A stretch of DNA of 64,000 nucleotides from an uncultured Candidatus Rokubacteria bacterium (GTDB lineage Bacteria > Methylomirabilota > Methylomirabilia > Rokubacteriales > CSP1-6): NCBI GenBank assembly GCA_963758635.1, contig CAVWWD010000005.1:1-64000 (forward strand), given 5' to 3'. Both the position numbers and the translations under genes were made by a program. A model generated the notes under the pieces. That model was not told the DNA's origin. It was given only the letters and a program-made list of their open reading frames with translations, and ran no database searches. The first letter of the stretch is position 1. Every line of letters begins with the position of its first letter. This document shows, piece by piece, positions 31,104 to 40,862 of this stretch.

Positions 31104-32192
31104 CTAATCCGCGCGACCCAGGAGCACGTCGGCGATGCGGGCCGCGGCCTTGCCGTCCCAGCGCTCGGGGAGCGTCCCCGAGGGCCAGCGGCCTTCCGCC
31201 ACGTCGCGCCAGGCCGTGTGGATGCCGTCGGGCTCCACGCCGACCACGCGATTCGTGCCCACCGTCACAGTGATCGGCCGCTCCGTGTTCATCCGGAGGG
31301 TCAGGCACGGAACGCCCATGGCGGTCGTCTCCTCCTGGATGCCTCCGGAATCGGTCAGGACGCAACGGGCATTGGCCATCAGGTGGACGAAGTCCAGATA
31401 AGGCAGGGGCTCGACGAGCCGGAGGCCGGGCATGCCCGCCACCCGGCCGTCGCGGCTCTCGAGCCGCTGGCGGGTGCGAGGGTGCACCGGGAACACGAGC
31501 GGGATCTCGGCCTGGATGCGGGAGAGCGCCTCGAGCATCCGGCCCAGGGCGGCGTCCCCGTCCACGTTGCTCGGCCGGTGCAGCGTGAGGGCGGCGTAGC
31601 CCCGCGGCGCGAGATCGAGGGTCTCGAGGATCGTGGACTGCCGGGCCCGCTCCCGGTAGCGGAAGAGCGTGTCGATCATCACGTTGCCGACGAAGTGGAC
31701 GCGGGAGGCGTCCACGCCCTCCCGCGCGAGATTCTCGTTGGCCGAAGGCTCCGTGGTGAACAGCAGGTCGGACACGGCGTCGGTCACGATGCGGTTGGTC
31801 TCCTCGGGCATCTCGCGGTCGAAGCTCCGGAGCCCGGCCTCGACGTGGGCCACGCGCAGGCCCAGCTTCACCGCGGTCAGGGCCGCGGCCAGCGTGGAGT
31901 TCACGTCGCCCACCACGAGCACGAGGTCGGGCGCGGCGGCCTGGAGAACGGGCTCGAGCCGCGCCATCACCGTGGCGACCTGGGCCACCGCGGATCCCGC
32001 GCCCACCTCCAGGTTCACGTCGGGCGTGGGGATCTCGAGGTTCGAGAAGAACGCCTCCGACATGCGGGCGTCGTAGTGCTGCCCGGTGTGGATGAGCATC
32101 GGGCGCGCGTCCGGCCGCTCGCGCAGCTCGGCCATGATCGGGGCGATCTTCACGAAGTTGGGCCGGGCGCCGACCACCGCCGCGATCTTCAT
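31104..32192 (-). CDS. wecB: UDP-N-acetylglucosamine 2-epimerase (non-hydrolysing)
   Basis: GARPNFVK, HTGQHYD, HVEAGLRS, MPEETNR, TDSGGIQEE, TERP. Confidence 0.95.
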   Translation of the reverse strand: MKIAAVVGARPNFVKIAPIMAELRERPDARPMLIHTGQHYDARMSEAFFSNLEIPTPDVNLEVGAGSAVAQVATVMARLEPVLQAAAPDLVLVVGDVNSTLAAALTAVKLGLRVAHVEAGLRSFDREMPEETNRIVTDAVSDLLFTTEPSANENLAREGVDASRVHFVGNVMIDTLFRYRERARQSTILETLDLAPRGYAALTLHRPSNVDGDAALGRMLEALSRIQAEIPLVFPVHPRTRQRLESRDGRVAGMPGLRLVEPLPYLDFVHLMANARCVLTDSGGIQEETTAMGVPCLTLRMNTERPITVTVGTNRVVGVEPDGIHTAWRDVAEGRWPSGTLPERWDGKAAARIADVLLGRAD

Positions 32193-33049
32193 CGCGGGCC
32201 TCCCGGCACGAAGAGCCCGGCCTCGCCCAGCACCTGGGCGGCGGGGCCGAAGGAGAAGTCCCGGAGCAGGCGCCGCAGCTTGTCTTCCGTCGAGTCGATG
32301 TTGACGGAGTGCCGTAGGCGAGCCAGTCGACCCATGGGCAGCCGCGGCTGCGCCTGGTCGATCTCCCACGGGTGCAGGTACACGACGGCGGGCTGCCCCT
32401 CGTGCGCGTTGAGCCGCCGGATGGCTCCGCGCGTCATCGCGTAGGGGGCGAGGCGAAAGTACCCGCCGCCCGCGACGGGGAGCCGCCGCCCCAGGATCAC
32501 GACGGTGGACAGCGGCAGCTCGACGAGATCGGCGCCCTCCCCGGCGGAGACGCGATGGGCGAACCGGGGCGCGTCGGGGATGCCGTACCGGTCGTGGACG
32601 ATCGGGAACACGCTCGAGTCATAGCGGAAGCCCAGCTCCCGGAGCACGTCGAGGCTCCAGAGGGTCTCGCGCATCACCGAGAACGTGGGCGCGCGATACC
32701 CGATCACGGCGCCGCCGGTGGCGTCCTCCAGCGTGGCCTTGGCCCGCGCCACGTCGGCGGCGAACTCCTGGCGCGTCTGGCGGTTGATCATCCGGTGCGC
32801 GTACCCGTGGCAGGCGACCTCGTGCCCCCGCGTGTCGATCTCGCGCACGAGGGCGGGCTGGCGCTCCGCGACCCAGCCCAGGACGAAGAACGTCGCCTGC
32901 ACGGAGGCGTCGTCGAGGATGTCGAGCAGGCGCTGGGTGCTGTCCACGACGCGGCTCTCGAGCGAGGGCCACTCCTCCGGCCGCAGCACCGAGGCGAAGG
33001 CCTCGGCATGGAAGTACTCTTCGACGTCGAACGTCAGGATGTTCTTCAC
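32189..33049 (-). CDS. Polysaccharide deacetylase, XrtA/PEP-CTERM locus type (DUF3473-like)
   Basis: TFDVEEYF, ATFFVLGWVAE, HEVACHG, GYRAPTFS, AGGGYFRL, YLHPWEID. Confidence 0.9.
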   Translation of the reverse strand: MKNILTFDVEEYFHAEAFASVLRPEEWPSLESRVVDSTQRLLDILDDASVQATFFVLGWVAERQPALVREIDTRGHEVACHGYAHRMINRQTRQEFAADVARAKATLEDATGGAVIGYRAPTFSVMRETLWSLDVLRELGFRYDSSVFPIVHDRYGIPDAPRFAHRVSAGEGADLVELPLSTVVILGRRLPVAGGGYFRLAPYAMTRGAIRRLNAHEGQPAVVYLHPWEIDQAQPRLPMGRLARLRHSVNIDSTEDKLRRLLRDFSFGPAAQVLGEAGLFVPGGPR

Positions 33050-33062
33050 GGCGGTCCGGGGC

Positions 33063-34088
33063 TCAGGCGTCGGCGCGCTCTTCGCGCGGGCCGACCTCGG
33101 CCAGCCAGGGCTCCTCCTGAGGGTCGGCCACGAACTGCACGGCGTGGGCCAGGCCGGCCACCAGGGAGGTCCGCGGCACGTGGCCGAGCAGCCGCTGGGC
33201 GAGCGCGATGTCGGCGCGGGCGGGGGCGTGATCCTCGGCCCGTCCGCGCTGGATGCGCGGCACCACGTCGCTGCGCAGCAGGCGCTTCAGGATGTCCAGC
33301 ACCTCGATGACGGAGGCGAGCTGTCCCGACCCGACGTTGATCGCGCGCCCCGCCGTCCCGGGCGCCGACGCCGCGGCCAGCGTCGCCTCCACGGCGTCGT
33401 CGACGTAGAGGAAATCGTGGGCGGCGCGGCCCTCGCCGGGGAGCGCGGGCCGCCGTCGCTGGCGGAGCGTCTCGATGAGCGTGGGAATCATCGCCCCGTT
33501 CTTCACGCCGTTCTGTCGCGGCCCGTAGATCGTGAAGTACCTCAGGATCACCGTGTCGAGGTGGTGGGCGTGCTGGTACGCGCGGACGTACACCTCGGCC
33601 GAGAGCTTGGACGCCCCGAAGACGGAGACGGGCGCGAGCGCGGCCTCCTCGCTCACCGGGAGCGTCTCGGGGTGGCCGTACACCGACGCGCACGAGCCGA
33701 TCACCACCCGCGCGACGCCTTCCGCCGTCGCGGCCTGGAGGACGTTGAGTGTGCCCTGGACGTTGACGGAGTGCGTCTCCGCCGGCGTGGACGGCACGCC
33801 CGCGCCCGCCGAGAGCGCGGCGAGGTGGAACACGCAATCGACGTGCTGCGACGCCTTGCGGACGAGCCGCTCGTCGCGGATGTCGCCGATCATGAGCTCC
33901 AGGCGAGGCCCCGACGCCCCCGCGGGCCGCGAGGGCGCGGGGGGCCGGTCGGCGGCGGCCTGGAGGTTCCGCAGCGAGCCGGTCGAGAGGTTGTCGAGGA
34001 CCCGCACGCTCAGGCCCTGCCCGAGCAGGCGGTCCACGAGATGCGATCCGATGAAGCCTGCTCCCCCCGTGACGAGCACCATGGCCAT
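33063..34088 (-). CDS. NAD-dependent epimerase/dehydratase (extended SDR), atypical active site
   Basis: TGGAGFIGSHL, HLAA, NVQGT, YGPRQ; YxxxK appears as FGASK. Confidence 0.85.
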   Translation of the reverse strand: MAMVLVTGGAGFIGSHLVDRLLGQGLSVRVLDNLSTGSLRNLQAAADRPPAPSRPAGASGPRLELMIGDIRDERLVRKASQHVDCVFHLAALSAGAGVPSTPAETHSVNVQGTLNVLQAATAEGVARVVIGSCASVYGHPETLPVSEEAALAPVSVFGASKLSAEVYVRAYQHAHHLDTVILRYFTIYGPRQNGVKNGAMIPTLIETLRQRRRPALPGEGRAAHDFLYVDDAVEATLAAASAPGTAGRAINVGSGQLASVIEVLDILKRLLRSDVVPRIQRGRAEDHAPARADIALAQRLLGHVPRTSLVAGLAHAVQFVADPQEEPWLAEVGPREERADA

Positions 34089-34097
34089 GGCCGACCC

Positions 34098-35414
34098 CTA
34101 GAGGGTGACGACGTCGGCGCGCGACGGGCGGAAGCCGCGGAGCGCGTTCCGGGTGTCCACGACGAGCGCGGCGCGCTCCGCGATGGCCGCGTAGTCGAAG
34201 CTCGAGTGGTTCGTGAGGATCAGCACGCAGTCCGCGGCGGCGAGGCTCTCCGGGCTGACCTCGACCGCGGTCATCTTGCGCCCATCGAGCGTGACCTGCG
34301 GCACGTACGGATCGGCGTAGGAGACGCGCGCCCCCTTCTGCAGCAGGGCCTCGACGATCTCGAGGGCGGGGGACTCGCGGATGTCGTTCACGTCCGGCTT
34401 GTAGGTGACGCCGAGGACGAGGACGGACGCGCCGCGCACCGAGCGGCCGCGGTCGTTGAGGGCGTCGCCGACGAGCGTGAGCACGTGGGCGGGCATGGCC
34501 CGGTTGATCTGGTCGGCGAGCGCGATGAACTGCGCCTCGTAGCCGGTGAGTCGCACCTTCCACGAGAGGTACAGCGGGTCCACGGGGATGCAGTGGCCGC
34601 CGATGCCCGGGCCCGGGTAGAAGGGCATGAAGCCGAAGGGCTTGGTGGCGGCGGCGTCGATGACCTCCCACGGGTCGACGCCGATCTTCCGGCAGGCGAA
34701 GGCGAGCTCGTTGGCGAGCGCGATGTTCACCGACCGGAACGTGTTCTCGAGGAGCTTGGCCGTCTCGGCCACGCGCGGGCTCGAGGCGAGGAACACGCTC
34801 GAGGTCACGTGGCGGTAGAGGGCGGCGGCGATATCGGTGCACGCTTTCGTCACCCCGCCCACGACCTTCGGGATGTTGGCGGTGGTGAACCGGCGGTTGC
34901 CCGGGTCCACGCGCTCCGGCGAGAAGGCGAGGAAGAAGTCCGTGCCGATCGTGCGCCCCAGTGCCTCGAGCCGCGGCAGCACCACCTCCTCGGTGGTGCC
35001 GGGGTACGTCGTGCTCTCGAGCACCATGAGCTGGCCGGGACGGAGCCGGGGCACGAGGCTGTCCACCGCGGAGAGGATGAACGAGATGTCGGGCTCCTTG
35101 CTCTTCCGGAGCGGCGTGGGCACGCAGATCACGATGGCGTCGGCGTCGCCCACCTCGTCGAACGACGTGGTGCCGGTGAGGGTGCCCGCCCGCACCAGCG
35201 GGGCGAGCGTCTCCGTGCTCACGTCCACGAGGTAGCTCTCGCCCTGGTTCAGGCGGCTCACTCGCTCGAGGTCGAGGTCGATGCCCCGCACGACGAGCCC
35301 GGCCTTGGCGAGCTCCACGGCGAGGGACAGGCCGACGTAGCCCATCCCGACGATCGTCACCCGCGCCTGCTTCGTCTCGATCTTCTGCTTGAGCGTGTCG
35401 ATCCAACCGGTCAC
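34098..35414 (-). CDS. Nucleotide-sugar dehydrogenase (UDP-GlcNAc/ManNAc 6-dehydrogenase, WbpA/WecC family)
   Basis: GMGYVGL, CVPTP, ESTTYPGTT, SPERVDPG, GPGIGGHCIPVDP, RESP. Confidence 0.93.
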   Translation of the reverse strand: MTGWIDTLKQKIETKQARVTIVGMGYVGLSLAVELAKAGLVVRGIDLDLERVSRLNQGESYLVDVSTETLAPLVRAGTLTGTTSFDEVGDADAIVICVPTPLRKSKEPDISFILSAVDSLVPRLRPGQLMVLESTTYPGTTEEVVLPRLEALGRTIGTDFFLAFSPERVDPGNRRFTTANIPKVVGGVTKACTDIAAALYRHVTSSVFLASSPRVAETAKLLENTFRSVNIALANELAFACRKIGVDPWEVIDAAATKPFGFMPFYPGPGIGGHCIPVDPLYLSWKVRLTGYEAQFIALADQINRAMPAHVLTLVGDALNDRGRSVRGASVLVLGVTYKPDVNDIRESPALEIVEALLQKGARVSYADPYVPQVTLDGRKMTAVEVSPESLAAADCVLILTNHSSFDYAAIAERAALVVDTRNALRGFRPSRADVVTL

Positions 35415-35427
35415 GTGGTGGCCTCCT

Positions 35428-37674
35428 CTACGCCTTGGCGCCGTCGGTCGAGACGTAGGCCTTGTACTGCTTGTAGTAGCTGTAGTACTGCGTCATCCGC
35501 TTGAGCGGGATCTGGTTCAGGACCACGCCGATGATCGGCGTGCCCACCTTCTCGAAGAGCTCCTTGGTCCGCAGCAGGTCACGCGGCCGCGTGACCCCGG
35601 CCTGCACCACGAGCAGCACGGCGTCGACGGCGGCGGCCATGTAGAGGTTGTCGGGGATCAGCAGCACGGGCGACGAGTCGAGCAGCACGTACTCGGCCTC
35701 GCCGGCCATCCGGTCGAGCACCTGGGCCAGCCGCTGCGAGCCGAGCCCGCTGCGCGTCAGCGCGGTCGAGGAGGCGCCGCGGGGCGACAGGCGCACGCCC
35801 TCCGCCACGTGGGACAGCGCATCGGTGACCTCGCCGCCCGAGGTGAGCAGGTCGCTGAAGCCGCGCGTGTTGGGGGTCTTGAGGGTGCGGTGCAGGGTGG
35901 GCCGGTGGAAGTCGGCGTCCGCGATGATCACCTGCTTGCCGACCTCGCCGAAGGCCAGGCCGAGGTTGACCACCACCGTGGACTTGCCCTCGCTGGGGAG
36001 CGCGCTCGTGATCAGGATGCGACGGAGCGGCATCTCGCGGCCGAGGAGTTGGATCTCCACCCGCAGCCGGCGGAACGACTCGGTGAAGAGGAACGAGTCC
36101 TCCTGCTTCATCTCCTCGCCCACCGACGTGCTGTTCAGCGTGAACGTGGGCCGCCGCGAGTGGACGCGCGGCACCGCGGCGAGCACGGGGAGGCCGGTGA
36201 GCTGCCGCACGTCCTCCTCGCTCTCCACCGGGCGGTTGAAGTACTCGATGGCGGTGGGAACGCCGAGCCCGACGAGGAGGGCGACGGCCACCGCGATGGC
36301 GATCATGCGCATCCGCTTCTCGTTGGCCGCGGGCACCGGGAAGTTCGGCGGGTCGATCATCTTGACGACCTTCATCTCGCCCTGCTCGCGGATGCGGGCC
36401 GCCGAGAGCTTCTCGGACAGGACGTTCATGAGGCGCCGGTTCGACTCCACCTCGGTGTTGAGGCGCGTGTACTCCATCTCGTCCCGGGACAGCCCGGTGA
36501 GGTTCTTGCGGAGGCTCGCCCCCTGCTCGCGCAGCGCGTCCTCCTGGGCGCCGAGGGCGAGCACGGATGCTTCGAGCGTGCCCACCGTCTCCGCGAAGGC
36601 CGCCCGGTCCTGCATCGGCACCGTGCTCGCCTGGGAGGCCGCGGCCACCTGGGGCGTGTCCCGCGCGGCCTCGCCGAGCTCCCGCTTCACGTCCTCGATC
36701 TGCGAGCGCGTCAGGGTCATGCGCGGATGCTGGTCGGTGTACTGGGCCGAGTACTCGAGGAGCTGCCGCTCGAGGGTGGCGAGCTTGGCGCGGAGCAGCT
36801 GCATCCGCGCCGACGGGGGCGCGGCGGCCATCGACTGGCGCGGGGCCGCCGAGGGGGCCGCGGGCATGGCGTCCAGCTTGGTCTTCATCGCCTGGAGCCG
36901 GTTCTGGCTCATGTTCTTGCTCGCCTGGATCTCCGCGATGCTCTGCTCGATCTGGGTCAGGCGGGCGATCGTCTCCTGGTTGCGCGCGGGGGCGCGGACA
37001 CCGCCGCGGGCCACCGTGAATTGCCTGAGCGCGTTCTCGGCGTTGTTCAGGTTCGTCGAGGCCTGGGTGTTCTGCTGCTCGAGGTACTCGCGGGTCACCT
37101 TGCTGTCGTCCACGTTGAACGAGCGGGTGCGCGACAGCAGGACCTCGATGTAGGTGGTGGCGATGTCGAGGGCCACGCGGGGCTTCGACGCCTCGGCCTG
37201 GATCTCGACGATCCCCGTCTCGCCCGAAGGCATGAACCGCACGCGCGCCCGCTGCAGCTCGGCCAGCGCGCGGCGCTGCGGGCTGTCGACCTGGATCTCC
37301 TGGCCCCGCAGGCGTCGGATGGTGTTCTGGAGCTCCTGGACGTAGTCACGGTAGTACGGGTTCTCGATGAGGTCCTCCACCGAGGCGCGGGGCAGGGTCT
37401 CGATGACCGCCTCGCCCAGGCTCCGGCTGCGGAGGATGGCGAGCTGGACGGCGAGGGGCCGGAACGGCGAGAACTCCTGGAAGAGCGGAGTCTTGTCGGG
37501 CCGGTTCTCGATGAGGATGGTGGCCGCCGTCCGGAACCGGGGCGGCTCCTTGGACGCCATCCAGGCGATCGGAATGAAGACGGCGAGCGCGACCAGCACG
37601 GTCAGCGCCACCCACTTCTTCCGTCGGCTGAGGACGGACTGGGCGACCTGCTTGACGATGATCAGCTTGTCCAT
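35428..37674 (-). CDS. wzc: Polysaccharide co-polymerase / BY tyrosine kinase (Wzc-like)
   Basis: Two TMs flank a coiled-coil periplasmic region; Walker A SALPSEGKST, A' IADADFH, B LLDSSP; C-terminal Tyr cluster YYSYYKQYKAY. Confidence 0.9.
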   Translation of the reverse strand: MDKLIIVKQVAQSVLSRRKKWVALTVLVALAVFIPIAWMASKEPPRFRTAATILIENRPDKTPLFQEFSPFRPLAVQLAILRSRSLGEAVIETLPRASVEDLIENPYYRDYVQELQNTIRRLRGQEIQVDSPQRRALAELQRARVRFMPSGETGIVEIQAEASKPRVALDIATTYIEVLLSRTRSFNVDDSKVTREYLEQQNTQASTNLNNAENALRQFTVARGGVRAPARNQETIARLTQIEQSIAEIQASKNMSQNRLQAMKTKLDAMPAAPSAAPRQSMAAAPPSARMQLLRAKLATLERQLLEYSAQYTDQHPRMTLTRSQIEDVKRELGEAARDTPQVAAASQASTVPMQDRAAFAETVGTLEASVLALGAQEDALREQGASLRKNLTGLSRDEMEYTRLNTEVESNRRLMNVLSEKLSAARIREQGEMKVVKMIDPPNFPVPAANEKRMRMIAIAVAVALLVGLGVPTAIEYFNRPVESEEDVRQLTGLPVLAAVPRVHSRRPTFTLNSTSVGEEMKQEDSFLFTESFRRLRVEIQLLGREMPLRRILITSALPSEGKSTVVVNLGLAFGEVGKQVIIADADFHRPTLHRTLKTPNTRGFSDLLTSGGEVTDALSHVAEGVRLSPRGASSTALTRSGLGSQRLAQVLDRMAGEAEYVLLDSSPVLLIPDNLYMAAAVDAVLLVVQAGVTRPRDLLRTKELFEKVGTPIIGVVLNQIPLKRMTQYYSYYKQYKAYVSTDGAKA

Positions 37675-37714
37675 GTCTCGGAGCTCCCTCTCGTCGGTCT
37701 GGATCGGGCCGGCG

Positions 37715-39088
37715 TCAACGCCCGCGGGCGAAGAGCACCACCTGGATCGTGTTCAGGAGAATCGTGAGGTCGAGGAACAGCGACAGGTTCTTGATGTAAT
37801 ACAAATCGTACTGGAGCTTCTCGAGCGTGTCCTCGACGGAGGCGCCGTAGCCGTACCGCACCTGCGCCCAGCCCGTCACGCCCGGCTTCACGGACAGCCG
37901 CTCCATGTAGAACGGGATCTGCTTCTGGAGCTGGTAGACGAACTCCGGCCGCTCCGGCCGCGGTCCGATGAAGCTCATGTCGCCCAGGAGGACGTTCCAG
38001 AGCTGCGGCAGCTCGTCCAGGCGCGTGCGGCGGAGGAAGGCGCCCACGCGCGTGACGCGCGGATCGGCCTCCTTCGCCCACACCGGGCCGGTGTCCTTCT
38101 CGGCGTCCTCGCGCATCGAGCGGAACTTGTTCAGGATGAACACCCGGCCGTGCTGGCCGAGGCGCGGCTGCCGGAAGAGGGCGGCGCCGCGGGACTCGAG
38201 CTTGATCGCGACGACGATCGCGGCCATGAGGGGCAGGGCGACGAGCAGGACGGCCAGCGAGAGGGTCACGTCCAGCGTGCGCTTGATGATCTCCGTGCGG
38301 GGCGTCTTCACGAAGCCGTCGGAGAAGATCAGCCAGCTCGGCCGCAGGTCGGTGACCAGGATCTTCCCCGTCTCCTTCTCGTAGAAGGTCGGCCAGTCCT
38401 CGACCTGGATGCCCCGGAGGCGACAGTCGAGCAGCGCCTTCGCCGGGAAATTGCCCCGCCGGTTCATCTGCGCGACCACCACGAGGTCCGGGCGCGTCTC
38501 CTCCACGATCGAGGCCAGGTCCTTGATCTTGCCGAGGAGCGCATGGCGGTCGGGCACGGTGTCGGGCGCGCTCGGGTTGTCGTCCAGGAAGCCGACGATC
38601 TTGAACGGCCGGGCCCCGGTCTGCTCGAGGCCGGCGATGACCCGCCCGATGGCCCCGGCGCCGAGCACCAGCACCCGGATCTGCATGCGCCCGTGCGACC
38701 AGCGCCCGAGCCAGGCCATGCGCCAGCCCACGAGCCCGGCCGTCTCGAGCAGCACGATCTCGACGAAGGCGGCCCGGCCGAGACGGAGCGAGGGCAGGGC
38801 GAAGCCCACGGCCGCCGTGATCAGGGCGGCCACGGCCTGGCAGGTCAGGAGCCGAGCGATGACCTCGCGGCGGCCGAGGGGCAGCCGGACGTTGTAGAGA
38901 TCGCCGAGGTGAAGCATGAAGGTGGCAACGGCCGCCATGAGCGCGACCTTGGGCCCGAGGGGCCCTTCGCCCAGCCACGCCCGAGGGGGGAGGCTGACGA
39001 GGAAGAACGAGGCGAGGACGATCGCGAGGTCACCCGCGAACAGGCCGAGCGACAGGCCAGGTATGTAATGCCGGAAAATCCTTAGCAT
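37715..39088 (-). CDS. Priming undecaprenyl-phosphate sugar transferase (PEP-CTERM/XrtA locus type)
   Basis: IKRTLD, KFRSM, DPRVTRVG, LDELPQL, GPRPERP, KPGVTGWAQ, YDLYYIKN; ATG at 39088 (MLRIFRHY). Confidence 0.92.
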   Translation of the reverse strand: MLRIFRHYIPGLSLGLFAGDLAIVLASFFLVSLPPRAWLGEGPLGPKVALMAAVATFMLHLGDLYNVRLPLGRREVIARLLTCQAVAALITAAVGFALPSLRLGRAAFVEIVLLETAGLVGWRMAWLGRWSHGRMQIRVLVLGAGAIGRVIAGLEQTGARPFKIVGFLDDNPSAPDTVPDRHALLGKIKDLASIVEETRPDLVVVAQMNRRGNFPAKALLDCRLRGIQVEDWPTFYEKETGKILVTDLRPSWLIFSDGFVKTPRTEIIKRTLDVTLSLAVLLVALPLMAAIVVAIKLESRGAALFRQPRLGQHGRVFILNKFRSMREDAEKDTGPVWAKEADPRVTRVGAFLRRTRLDELPQLWNVLLGDMSFIGPRPERPEFVYQLQKQIPFYMERLSVKPGVTGWAQVRYGYGASVEDTLEKLQYDLYYIKNLSLFLDLTILLNTIQVVLFARGR

Positions 39089-39112
39089 CGTGTCTCCCGG
39101 GGGGTCCAAGTG

Positions 39113-39128
39113 AGCAAGCCGGGTGCCA
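39113..39128 (-). promoter_or_regulatory. sigma54 promoter of the main EPS operon
   Basis: Minus strand TGGCACCCGGCTTGCT matches TGGCAC-N5-TTGC, about 25 bp upstream of the ATG. Confidence 0.85.
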
Positions 39129-39152
39129 GGATTCTGCCGGTCGACGCGACTG

Positions 39153-39165
39153 TAAGTAGTTGATT
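39153..39165 (-). promoter_or_regulatory. IHF binding site
   Basis: Minus strand AATCAACTACTTA matches WATCAANNNNTTR, just upstream of the sigma54 -24 box. Confidence 0.65.
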
Positions 39166-39369
39166 CATAAGAGTAGTCGACCAGACACGTAGAGAGAACA
39201 TTGCTGCCGCGATTTGGCAGCGCAGTTCCCGTCTCTGTCAAATCTGCATGGTATGGCGGTTCTCCATTCGTTAGCTCGTTGAGAATCAGCAGGTTCTCTG
39301 CGCTCGACAGCGCCACGCAACGCTTGCGTGGGGCGAACCGGGTGCACCGATTCGAAGGGGGGAAGCTCC

Positions 39370-40816
39370 CTAAAACGATGCCGAGAACGACACGGTTGCG
39401 CGGTTCTCGGTGGCTCCGTTGAAGCCCTGGTAGTCCGTGTATGCGTATCGGAGGTTCATCGACAGCCATCGCAGGATCTGCCAGTCGAACGAAGTGCTGA
39501 AGGTGAGCGTGTTCTCGTTGTCCTGCGCGCGGACGTTGCCCGCGCCCGTGGGCTCGTTCTCGCTGTACCGCACGTTCGCCGAGACGCCCATCGTCGGCGT
39601 GATCCGGTACGAGAACGACGCGAAGTACGAACGCGTGAGCACGAGCCCGAAGTCCTGCCCCTGGACGCCGGTCTGGCGGAAGTCCTGGAACACGCCCACG
39701 CTGGCGGTCGCTCGGGTCCAGGCGTAGCTGCGCGGTCGCGTTGACCGAGAAGGTGTCCTCGTCGTCGCCACCGTTTTGCATGAAGAGGTGGCTGTAGCCG
39801 AAGGAGCCGGACAGCGACAGCCCGCTCGGAAGTCCGTAGGCCCCGAACACCGACACGTTCCAGATGACGGTGTCGTCGTCCGAATTCGTCGAGAGGCTCG
39901 TCGAGACTCCGCCGGTGCCGAAGGCGCCGATCTGCCGGCTCAGCGAGGCGTGCACAAGGTGGCCGATGCCGTCACGGTCGTTCGCGATCGAGCCGTCCGT
40001 CTGGAAGTACGAGAATTCGTAGCCGAACCGGAGGGTGTTGAGCGCGCCGAGGCGCCGGCTCGCGTTCACCCCCAGGACGTGGCCCCACGTGAGCTCCCCG
40101 CCGCCTTCCTCCTCGAGGAAGATCGAGTTGCGGTAGTACGCCTGGGTGGTCCAGAGCCCGAGGGCCCAGTCGAGGGAAACACCGAAGCCATTGCTCATGA
40201 ACGTGCGCCGTTCGCGGCGGAGGCCGAAGGAATCCCCGAGCTGGGGATCGTCGCTCCGCACGAACGACTCGGTGATGGTCAGCGTGAGAGTCGGGCCGAA
40301 GGTGTGGCGGATCGACGCGGTGAGATCGGGGAACAGCTTGATGCTCTCGTCGCTGTCCGCCGTGTCGTACGTGAGCCCGAAGCTCGCGCTCACGTTGCCG
40401 ACGGTGCGCGGAGCGTTGATGGCGAGCGTGAATCCCGGCGCGACGATCGTCCGGAAGTTCTGCTCCCGGTTCGTGCGCGTCAAGAAGAAGTTGTCGCTCC
40501 ACTCCTCGGTGATCCGGAGCGCGGGATGCAGCTCGAAGACGGCGGTCGGGACCCCGAGCGGCGTCTGGAAGGCCGCGGGCAAGTGGCTCTGCGATGGCGC
40601 AGGAGGCGACGGCGGAACGAAGGGCGCGACGCCAGGCTGTCCCGGAGCCGGCGCGGCAGGCGTCGGCGGGGCGGGAGTCGGAGCCGCCGGCTCGGTCGGC
40701 GCCGCCGGCGTACCCGGTGCGGCGCCCGGACCCGACGGAGCGGTGGTGTCGCCTGAGCCCGGTGCCTGGGCCCAGGCGGGCGCGGCGGCCAGCAGGAGGG
40801 TCAGGAGAAACAGCAA
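39370..40816 (-). CDS. Outer-membrane beta-barrel protein of the EPS export system, frameshifted near 39725
   Basis: Signal peptide (AAAPAWA-Q), Pro-rich linker, EEWSDNFF, alternating beta-strand pattern, C-terminal NRATVSFSASF beta-signal. Start is uncertain (TTG at 40816). Confidence 0.78.
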
Positions 40817-40817
40817 T

Positions 40818-40845
40818 GGGGAGAGGAGCGTTCGCTCCTCTCCCC
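40818..40845. other. Perfect 13-bp inverted repeat (hairpin) between wza and the beta-barrel gene
   Basis: GGGGAGAGGAGCG-TT-CGCTCCTCTCCCC. Confidence 0.8.
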
Positions 40846-40862
40846 GTGAAGCGCGGGGGCTT

